Below, one piece after another: positions 1-9,685 of a DNA stretch of 55,517 nucleotides. This DNA comes from Macrostomum lignano (Eukaryota), in contig NIVC01003497.1 of the NCBI GenBank assembly GCA_002269645.1, forward strand, positions 1 to 55,517. The letters are read 5' to 3'. The notes beneath the pieces are model-generated. The model did not search any database. It had not been told where the DNA came from and saw only the letters and a list, made by a program, of their open reading frames with translations. Every line of letters begins with the position of its first letter. Position 1 is the first letter of the stretch. The translations under genes and the position numbers were made by a program.

Positions 1-34
1 GGATTCAGTCGGCGGCGTGGTCTTACTTCGCGGT

Positions 35-1775
35 ATTGTGTGTTGTGTTATTGTGTTGTTGTGGTATGGTGTTGTTTTGTGGTATTGTGTTGTTGTGGTA
101 TGGTGTTGGTGTGGTATTGTGTTGTTGTGGTATTGAGTTGGTGTGGTATTGTGTTGGTGTGTTATTGTGTTGTGTTATTGTGTTGGTGTGGTATTGTGTT
201 GGTGTGGTATTGTGTTGTTGTGGTATTGAGTGTTGTTGTGGTATTGAGTGGTGTTGTGTTTTGTGTTGTTGTGGTATTGAGTTGGTGTGGTATTGTGTTG
301 GTGTGTTATTGTGTTGTTGTGTTATTGTTGTGGTGTGGTATTGTGTTGTTGTGGTATTGTGTTGTTGTGGTATTGTGTTGTTGTGTTATTGTGTTGTTGT
401 GGTATGGTGTTGGTGTGGTATTGTGTTGGTGTGGTATTGTGTTGTGTGATATTGTGTTTGTTGTGGTATTCTGTTGTTGTGTTATTGTGTTGTTGTGGTA
501 TGGTGTTGGTGTGGTATTGTGTTGGTGTGGTATTGTGTTGGTGTGGTATTGTGTTGTTGTGTATTGAGTGTTGTTATGGTATCGAGTGTTGTTGTGTTAT
601 TGTGTTGGTGTGGTATTGAGTGTTGTTGTGTTATTGTGTTGTTGTGGTATTGTGTTGTTGTGTTATTGTGTTGTTGTGGTATGGTGTTGGTGTGGTATTG
701 TGTTGGTGTGGTATTGTGTTGGTGTGGTATTGTGTTGTTGTGTTATTGTGTTGTTGCGTTATTGTGTTGTTGTGGTATTGTGTTGGTGTGGTATTGTGTT
801 GTTGTGGTATTGTGTTGGTGTGGTATTGTGTTGTTGTGGTATTGTGTTGGTGTGGTATTGTGTTGTTGTGGTATTGTGTTGTTGTGGTATTGAGTGTTGT
901 TGTGGTATTGTGTTGTTGTGGTATTGTGTTGGTGTGTTATTGTGTTGTTGTGTTATTGTGTTGGTGTGGTATTGTGTTGTTGTGGTATTGTGTTGGTGTG
1001 GTATTGTGTTGTTGTGGTATTGAGTGTTGTTGTGGTATTGAGTGGTGTTGTGTTATTGTGTTGGTGTGGTATTGAGTGTTGTTGTGTTATTGTGTTGTTG
1101 TGGTATTGTGTTGTTGTGTTATTGTGTTGTTGTGGTATGGTGTTGGTGTGGTATTGTGTTGGTGTGGTATTGTGTTGGTGTGGTATTGTGTTGTTGTGTT
1201 ATTGTGTTGTTGTGTTATTGTGTTGTTGTGTTATTGTGTTGTTGTGGTATTGTGTTGGTGTGGTATTGTGTTGTTGTGGTATTGTGTTGGTGTGGTATTG
1301 TGTTGTTGTGGTATTGTGTTGTTGTGGTATTGAGTGTTGTTGTGGTATTGTGTTGGTGTGGTATTGTGTTGGTGTGTTATTGTGTTGTTGTGTTATTGTG
1401 TTGGTGTGGTATTGTGTTGTTGTGGTATTGTGTTGGTGTGGTATTGTGTTGTTGTGGTATTGAGTGTTGTTGTGGTATTGAGTGGTGTTGTGTTATTGTG
1501 TTGTTGTGGTATTGAGTTGGTGTGGTATTGTGTTGGTGTGTTATTGTGTTGTGTTATTGTGTTGGTGTGGTATTGTGTTTTTGTGGTATTGTGTTGGTGT
1601 GGTATTGTGTTGTTGTGGTATTGAGTGTTGTTGTGTTATTGTGTTGTTGTGGTATTGAGTATTGTTGTGTTATTGTGTTGTTGTGGTATTGAGTGTTGTT
1701 GTGTTATTGTGTTGTTGTGGTATTGAGTATTGTTGTGTTATTGTGTTGTTGTGGTATTGAGTGTTGTTGTGTTAT
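35..1775. repeat. TG-rich low-complexity tandem array (GTGGTATTGTGTTGTT-like units) with larger internal duplications; probably intronic to the kinase gene
   Basis: Almost exclusively G/T with recurring TATT/GAGT variants; all ORFs here are C/V/L/W repeat translations. Confidence 0.95.
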
Positions 1776-1799
1776 CTTAAATGCCCGACCAGGCCTCAC

Positions 1800-4700
1800 C
1801 CGGCACCGCAGTCGCTTCACCGTGGTGGCCAGCTTGGCCCTGCTGGACTTCTTGGTGCGCTGCTTTTTCAAGCCAACGCAGCCGAGGTCGGTGAGCAACG
1901 GGAACAGGTTGCTCAGGATGAGCGGGTGCGACAGCAGCTGCGCCGCCGAGGGCCGCTCGAGCGGGTCCACCTTCAGCATCTTGGAGATGAGGTCCGACAT
2001 CAGTGGGGAATATCTGAAAGAATTAAAAACAGAACTACATGTGAATTTCTAATTAGTGTGACACTGCCAGTTCTGACTAGTGTGACACTGTGCCAGTTCT
2101 GACTAGTGTGACACTGTGCCAGTTCTGACTAGTGTGACACTGTGCCAGTTCTGACTAGTGTGACACTGTGCCAGTTCTGACTAGTGTGACACTGTGCCAG
2201 TTCTGACTAGTGTGACACTGTGCCAGTTCTGACTAGTGTGACACTGTGCCAGTTCTGACTAGTGTGACACTGTGCCAGTTCTGACTAGTGTGACACTGTG
2301 CCAGTTCTGACTAGTGTGACACTGTGCCAGTTTTGACTAGTGTGACACTAACTAGTGTGACTAGTGTGACACTGTGCCAGTTCTGACTAGTGTGACACTA
2401 ACTAGTGTGACCAGTGAGGTGCGACATGGCGCTGTGGTATCTGTGAACCCCATAGCCCGAGAGCGCATCAAGCCAGCAGCGCCGCACCTGCGCGGTCGAG
2501 GGGCGCCCAGCTGCCAGCGGCAATCTGGGCCACCAGGAGCAGCAGGGTGTCCGCATCGAACGGCCTGCGCAGGCAGCACATTTCGTACAGGCAGCAGCCG
2601 AGCGCCCAGATGTCGCTGGGCTCCCGGCCAGCTGTGGCCAGCTTGTCCGAGCTGAACACCTCCGGGCTGAGGTAGGCAGGAGTGCCGACCAGCCCGCTGG
2701 CGGAGCTGCCTGCAGGGCTGTCTGCGGGATTGGCGGTGGGGATTGGGGGCGTTCTCAGGAGGGTTGGGGGCGTTCTCAGGGTGGGTTGGGGGCGATTCTC
2801 AGGGCGGGTTGGGGCGATTCTCAGGGCGGGTTGGGGGCGATTCTCAGAGCGGGTTGGGGGCGATTCTCAGGGCGGGTTGGGGGCGATTCTCAGGGCGGGT
2901 TGGGGCCGATTTTCAGGGCGGGATGGGGGCGATTCTCAGGGCGGGTTGGGGCCGATTCTCAGGGCGGGTTGGGGCCGATTCTCAGGGCGGGTTGGGGCCG
3001 ATTCTCAGGGCGGGTTGGGGCCGATTTTCAGGGCGGGATGGGGCGATTCTCAGGGCGGGTTGGGGCCGATTCTCAGGGCGGGTTGGGGGCGATTTTCAGG
3101 GCGGGATGGGGGCGATTCTCAGGGCGGGTTGGGGGCGATTCTCAGGGCGGGATGGGGGCGATTCTCAGGGCGGGTTGGGGCCGATTCTCAGGGCGGGTTG
3201 GGGGCGATTTTCGGGAGAGTTGGGGCCGATTCTCAGGGCGGGTTGGGGCGATTTTCGGGAGAGTTGGGGGCGTTCTCAGGGCGGGTTGGGGGCGTTCTCA
3301 GAGCGGGTTGGGGGCGTTCTCAGGGCGAGTTGGGGGCGTTCTCAGAGCGGGTTGGGGGCGTTCTCAGAGCGGGTTGGGGGCGTTCTCAGGGCGGGTTGGG
3401 GGCGTTCTCAGAGCGGGTTGGGGCGATTTTCGGGAGAGTTGGGGGCGTTCTCAGGGCGGGTTGGGGGCGTTCTCAGAGCGGGTTGGGGGCGTTCTCAGGG
3501 CGAGTTGGGGGCGTTCTCAGAGCGGGTTGGGGCGTTCTCAGAGCGGGTTGGGGGCGTTCTCAGGGCGGGTTGGGGGCGTTCTCAGAGCGGGTTGGGGGCG
3601 ATTTTCGGGAGAGTTGGGGGCGTTCTCAGGGCGGGTTGGGGGCGTTCTCAGAGCGGGTTGGGGGCGATTCTCAGGAGGGTTGGGGCGATTCTCAGGAGGG
3701 TTGGGGGCGATTCTCAGGAGGGTTGGGGGCGATTCTCAGGGCGGGTTGGGGGCGATTCTCAGGAGGGTTGGGGCGGTTCTCAGGAGGGTTGGGGGCGATT
3801 CTCAGGGAGGGTTGGGGCGATACTCAGGAGGGTGGGGGGCGATTCTCAGGGGAGTTGGGGCGGTTCTCAGAACGGGTTGGGGGCGTTCTCAGAGCGGGTT
3901 GGGGGCGTTCTCAGAGCGGGTTGGGGGCGATTTTCGGGAGAGTTGGGGGCGTTCTCAGGGCGGGTTGGGGGCGATTCTCAGGAGGGTTGGGGCGATTCTC
4001 AGGAGTGTGGGGGGCGTTCTCAGAGCGGGTTGGGGCGTTCTCAGGGCGAGTTGGGGGCGTTCTCAGAGCGGGTTGGGGGCGATTTTCGGGAGAGTTGGGG
4101 GCGTTCTCAGGGCGGTTGGGGGCGTTCTCAGAGCGGGTTGGGGGCGTTTTCAGGGCGGGTTAGAGGCGATTCTCAGGGGGTTGAGGGCGTTCTCAGGGCG
4201 GCTTGGGGGCGATTCTCAGGGGAGTTGGGGCGGTTCTCAGGGCGGGTTGGGGCGGTTCCCAGGGCGGGTTGGGGGCGGTTCCCAGGGCGGGTTGGGGCGG
4301 TTTTCAGGGCGGCTTGGGGCGTTCTCAGGGCGGGTTGGAAGCGATTCTCATGCGATTTGGGATAAGATGGGGCGATTCCAACCCCAACGTCACAACTCAG
4401 ACGCAGGCTCGCCTTTAGCAGGGCTGGTCTGACGCAACGCAGCGAGCCCGAAGTCTGCCAGCTTGCAGACATCGCGGGCGGTGCTGGCCAGCAGGATGTT
4501 GTCCGGCTTGAGGTCGCGGTGCAGCACCTGGCGGCTGTGCAGCTCCTCCAGGGCCAGCAGCAGCTGGCAGGCAAATCTGGCCACGGCAGACTCGGACAGG
4601 CCGAGGCCGGACTGCTGATGAAGCAGGCTGCTGAGCGAGCCGCCTGAGGCGTACTCCATCACCAGGCAGAGCTGCCTGCCGCCGGCGGACTCGTCCAAGA

Positions 4701-6452
4701 AGCTGTCCAGCAGCCGCACGATGTTAGGATGCCGCAGGCCGGCCAGGATCTCGGCCTCCTTCAGGAAGGCCTCGCGCTGAAGCTGGTCCGCGCCGCCCAG
4801 ATCGACTCGCTTGATCACCACCTGGCGAGGTCCAGCGAGGACAAGGAGGTTGGACTTCTTTTCTAGTGAACTATCGTCTCCGAATATGAACCGCCATGTA
4901 TTGCTCTTAGTGATTGAATTTGCGAAAGTCACTACTGACTGACGCGGCGGAGGAACGGGTTTACAGGTAGACTTGTCACACCTGAGACCATCGGAAGGTA
5001 AAACTTGTCACACCTGAGACCATCGGAAGGTAAAACTTGTCACACCTGAGACCATCGGAAGGTAAAACTTGTCACACCTGAGACCATCGGAAGGTAAAAT
5101 TGTCACACCTGAGACCATTGGAAGGTAAAATTGTCACACCTGAGACCATCGGAAGGTAAAATTGTCACACCTGAGACCATCGGAAGGTAAAATTGTCACA
5201 CCTGAGACCATCGGAAGGTAAAATTGTCACACCTGAGACCATCGAAGGTAAAATTGTCACACCTGAGAAAGGACTGTCACGCCTGAGATTGTAAGGACTG
5301 TCACACCTGAGATTGTAAGGACTGTCACGCATGAGATTGTAAGGACTGTCACGCCTGAGATTGTAAGGACTGTCACGCCTGAGATTGTAAGGAATGTCAC
5401 ACCTGAGATTGTAAGGACTGTCACACCTGAGATTGTAAGGACTGTCACACCTGAGATTGTAAGGACTGTCACACCTGAGATTGTAAGGACTGTCACACCT
5501 AGGATTGTAAGGACTGTCACACCGGAGATTGTAAGGACTGTCACACCTGGATTGTAAGGACTGTCACGCCTGAGATTGTAAGGACTGTCACACATGGGAT
5601 TGTAAGGACTGTCACACCTAGGATTGTAAGGACTGTCACACCTGAGATTGTAAGGACTGTCACACCTAGGATTGTAAGGACTGTCACACCTAGGATTGTA
5701 AGGACTGTCACGCCTGAGATTGTAAGGACTGTCACACCTGAGATTGTAAGGACTGTCACGCCTGAGATTGTAAGGACTGTCACACCTAGGATTGTAAGGA
5801 CTGTCACGCCTGAGATTGTAAGGACTGTCACACCTGAGATTGTAAGGACTGTCACACCTAGGATTGTAAGGACTGTCACACCTGAGATTGTAAGGACTGT
5901 CACACCTAGGATTGTAAGGACTGTCACACCTGAGATTGTAAGGACTGTCACACCTAGGATTGTAAGGACTGTCACACCTGAGATTGTAAGGACTGTCACA
6001 CCTAGGATTGTAAGGACTGTCACACCTGAGATTGTAAGGACTGTCACACCTGGGATTGTAAGGACTGTCACACCTAGGATTGTAAGGACTGTCACACCTG
6101 AGATTGTAAGGACTGTCACACCTGGGATTGTAAGGACTGTCACACCTAGGATTGTAAGGACTGTCACACCTGAGACTACAGTATCAGGATTCCTCAACAT
6201 ACTCGAGACCGCAGTGATGTCTCATTAATGATGGTCAGCTGTGAAGGTCACCACTACAGGCCACTGACAGCCCTTAATTTGTTGTCTGTCCGCCAGCCAG
6301 TCTCAAAAATCACTCCATAGACACACGCGAGCTGCATGGACACACGGACGAACCTTTTCAGGAGTTGAACAGTTTGCCTGGCGCCTCAGGTACAGAGCCA
6401 CCCGGCCAGCGGTGCCCTGGTCCAGGTTCTTCAGGTGCCGATAGTTTTCCAT
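1800..6452 (-). CDS. NEK (NIMA-related) family Ser/Thr protein kinase, multi-exon; 3' end not resolved
   Basis: Exons 6452-6354 (MENYRHLKNLDQGTAGRVALY...EK), 4821-4413 (VVIK, HPNIV, MEYA, HRDLKPDNIL, DFG), 2721-2488 (GTPAYLSPE, SDIWALGCCLYEMC-LRRPF) and 2013-~1800 (YSPLMSDLISKMLKVDPLERPSA). SDIWALGCxLYEM and RPSAxQLL are NEK-typical. There is a one-base phase conflict at the exon 3/4 junction. Confidence 0.85.
2054..2415. repeat. 26-bp minisatellite (GACTAGTGTGACACTGTGCCAGTTCT) in kinase intron 3
   Basis: About 13 near-identical tandem units. Confidence 0.95.
2735..4345. repeat. G-rich ~22-bp minisatellite (GGGGCGATTCTCAGGGCGGGTT) filling kinase intron 2
   Basis: About 1.6 kb of tandem variant units with multiple G-runs. 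Confidence 0.95.
4972..5268. repeat. 31-32-bp minisatellite (TTGTCACACCTGAGACCATCGGAAGGTAAAA) in kinase intron 1
   Basis: About 9 tandem units. Confidence 0.95.
5270..6175. repeat. 24-bp minisatellite (CTGTCACACCTGAGATTGTAAGGA) in kinase intron 1
   Basis: About 37 tandem units; shares the TGTCACACCTGAGA core with the adjacent 31-bp array. Confidence 0.95.
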
Positions 6453-6902
6453 TTCATTCGCAGTTCATTTAAACAGAAAAAACCATTTAGGCGCTCTGAA
6501 TAAGCTGCAGTGCTGGCTCAATCTCCGTCAGGCTTTGGCATTAACTGCATACTTGAAGGGTTGTCCCTGCTGCTCAGACAAGGCCTGCTTTATCTTCTCC
6601 ACTGCTAAAATTGAGTTATTAGCTAAGCAAAATAAATTCACCAAGGCCAAAGACGTGTTCAGTGTGAGTTCCGAATTGCTGACAAATGCAAACACGGTCA
6701 CAGAATAAACTATTCTGCCATTGTATTCATTTCAACAGTTGGGACAGGCAAAGTCAGGGAGCGGGTTGCAAAGACAATAGAAGTCAATCAATCGGTAAAT
6801 CGGACAGGCCTTCGAATACGGTGAAGCATAAGAAGCATGGAACCGATTTACAGAGAGACAGGCAGGTCAGCTCAAGCCAAAGTGCAGCCGCAGTCCACAG
6901 CT

Positions 6903-9222
6903 TCACTTCTTGCCCCTGCTGAGCTTCTTCACCTCGCCCTCCTGGTTGCCCAGCGCGCCCATCAGCTCGCGCACCTTCCGCTTGCGCTGCGCGTCCGCCC
7001 GCAGCGTCGTCTCCAGCCGCTCGCCGGCCAAGAAGTCGCGGTCGCGGGCCACCTCGCGCACAGCCGCCTTCATCGCCCGTTTGCGCGCCCGCAGCAGGCG
7101 TTTTCGCTCCTCGCCGCCGCTGCTGTCCGACTTTCGCCGGCCGGGGTCGAAATTGGCTTCGACCTGCGGCTCCAGCAGCTCCAGCATGCGGGGCGGCTCG
7201 CGCTCGCGGAGGAGGCGGGCGCCGGTCGCCTCGGCGGAGCAGTCGGCGAATGAGTTGAGGAAGCTGCGCGATGATGAAGAGTTAAGGAGTAATCGATAAT
7301 AGAAAAGTTCTTGATGGATAATTCCTAAATTTAGAATACCTATATAACTTCACAGACAAAACACAGCATTTTATAAATTGACAAGCAGTAGCATTAGCCC
7401 CCAAAGAGGGTCAAGCTGCTAGTCCACTATACAAAATATCCGAGATCAAAATACGAGCAGGCCTTCATGAGACCTGTGAATTTACCTGTCAGCTGCATTC
7501 AGAATCTCGGCCGGCCACAGCCCGCCACCCGCAGCGGCCTTGGCCCGCTCGGCAGCCTCAGCCAGCGGCAGGAAGGCCGCCCGCAGTCCGGCCGACGGCA
7601 GGCCGCCGGTGGCGCCGACGCCGTGCCAGGCGGTGAGCAGCTCGCCAAGGTCGGCGAACACGCGGCCAAGGCAGAGCAGGCGGAGCCCGGCTGCCTGCGA
7701 GCTGGCCAGACCGCTGGCCCGCTGGCACAGGCTGAGCGGCAGCGGTCCCGGCCGCCAGTCCGCTGGGACGGGTCGCGTTGCCAGCAGCAGCTGCTGGCGC
7801 CGGCGACGCGCTGAACTGGCGCCGCTGTCCTCCTCCTGCTCCTCCTCGGTATCCAAGTTCGCGTGAGGAGCTCCGCCACCGTCCCAACGACTGGCGTCAG
7901 CTGGCGAGGCCATGAGCAGGAGGCTGTGCAGACAGGCCAGGAGCTCCGGGCACAGGGGCCAGTGAAGGGCCGACAGAAGGCGCTTCAACGCCGAGACCAG
8001 CAGCAGGATGCGGCAGATCTGAGGATTCGGTGGAGTTGCTTAGGTAAATCGAACAACAAGAAAATTATCCTACAACCGATTTATTAATATCCCAGATGAA
8101 ACAGACACAGTCTACACAAGCTGCTCAGACCTCTTTGAGCCCCGTGGGTCTTCGCCGGACGCAGCAGTCTGCCAGCACCTCGGCGCAGAAGGCCACGCCC
8201 AGCCTGAGGCAGCAGAAGCGGCGCGCTTTGAATCCGCTGAGGTTGCACAGCCGCAGGATGAGGCGCACAGTCTCCAGGTAGGGGGCAGGCGGAGCAGCGA
8301 GCGCGCCAGACGCAGAGTGGCCGTCATCAGCGGCGGCGACTCGCTGACGACGCGCACGGCGCAGTCGATCAAGCTTGCTGCACAGCCCCGCCAGCTGCTC
8401 GCCAGCAGAGCGCCGCTCTGACGGCTTCAACTTTGCCTTGGCAACCGAGCCGCCATTGCCGGTGGGAGCGGCGTCCTTAGCAACCAAACGCTGCGACTGC
8501 ATCAGCTGGTCAGACAGCAGCTTGAAGGCGGACAGCTGATCGCCGGACTCCGGAGCCGCCTTCGTCGAAGTCGGCACCGACATCAGCGGACCCAGCTGGA
8601 ATCGAACCCGAGACTTCCACTCGGCGTCGATGGCGTCGGTGAGGCGGCGCGTCTCCTCCAGCTGCTCGCGCTTCTCGGCGCGATCGGCGCGCGTCTGGGC
8701 GATCAGCGTCTCCATGCGGTCCTTGAGCCCCGTGCCCTTGCGCAGCAGGCCGCCTTCGTCGAACAGCGCCTCGGAAGACATGCGGCCGCGGCCGGCTCCG
8801 GAAGCGTCGTCGTCGTCAAACTCGGCGTCGTCCAGCTCGGTGGCCAGCGGAGCGAACTTGTTGACAGCCGACAGCAGGCCGGAGTCCTCCGCCTCCGACG
8901 GCTGCCGCATCGCCGCCTCAGCTTCCGCCGCCAGAACGCGACGCTTCTGGGCGGCAAAACGGCGCAGCGCCACCTCGGCGGCGGCGTCGGCCACGTCGGC
9001 ATTGCCGTCGCTGCCAGCAGCGCCGAGGCGTCGGTCCAGCAGGCCACCTTTTTTAAAACGCCGGCCCAGTTCGGCGCCCAGCGTGCGGCGCCGTTTGGCC
9101 AGACCGCGGGCGGCGCCGCGGCCCGGGGCGGCGATGGCCTTGGCTGCCTTGGCAACGCCTTTGACGACGGCGGCTGGACGGCCAGCGGTGCCATTTGAAG
9201 CTTTTGCTGCGGACCGCTTCGC
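6903..9222 (-). CDS. NOP14: Nucleolar protein 14 (small-subunit processome component)
   Basis: Exons 9222-8131, 8018-7486 and 7263-6903 with GT-AG boundaries in consistent phase. N-terminal KRRRTLGAEL..LLDRRLG..ALRRFAAQKRR; C-terminal KRAMKAAVREVARDRDFLA...DAQRKRKVRELMGALGNQEGEVKKL matches the NOP14 C-terminus. No in-frame ATG at the first exon (see findings). Confidence 0.88.
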
Positions 9223-9685
9223 CTGGAAGTGGGTGGGAAAGTGAGGACACGGATTCACTCTTGGCCTAGGTACTGTCACTTGCGTCGCCCCAAAGTCGTT
9301 GCAGGTCAGCACAGGTAAGATAGGACTCTAGATCCCGTTGTCTGAGAGATCCCGTTGTTATTGCGACCACAAAACGACTCTGGGGCGATGCAAGTGGACT
9401 CTGGGCGCTTTTAGAATAACTCTGAGGTCGTAGAGTCACGGTAAAATTTTTTAATGGGTGGGCTAGTCTAGCAATCCATTCTAATTCCTTCATCTGATTG
9501 TCTAGCCAGATTAGCGATATATTATACTACTGCAAACAGAAATCGCTGTTGAGATATAAAAAATGCCAAATAAGGTACAAAAAGTTCCAACAGTTGCTAT
9601 CAATTCAATCGGTATCGATCGGAGAGACCGGGAGTACAAATGCACCAAATGGATCTGCTTTATTTAAGACTGAATCGAGCCGCCG

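Noticed and set aside
36-1770. Long Cys/Val-rich ORFs
   Set aside because: Translations of the TG-rich repeat, open in several frames at once; no evidence of coding
2682-4432. Three overlapping ~500-aa Gly/Arg-rich ORFs on the plus strand
   Set aside because: Stop-free G-rich minisatellite antisense to a kinase intron
4972-6175. CRISPR-like regular repeats (also at 12.7, 49.0 and 50.8 kb)
   Set aside because: Head-to-tail units with no unique spacers, no cas genes, eukaryotic context
8125-9312. ORF-track start MLTCNDFG... for NOP14
   Set aside because: It begins at GTG and runs through the polypyrimidine tract of the acceptor; not a credible eukaryotic start
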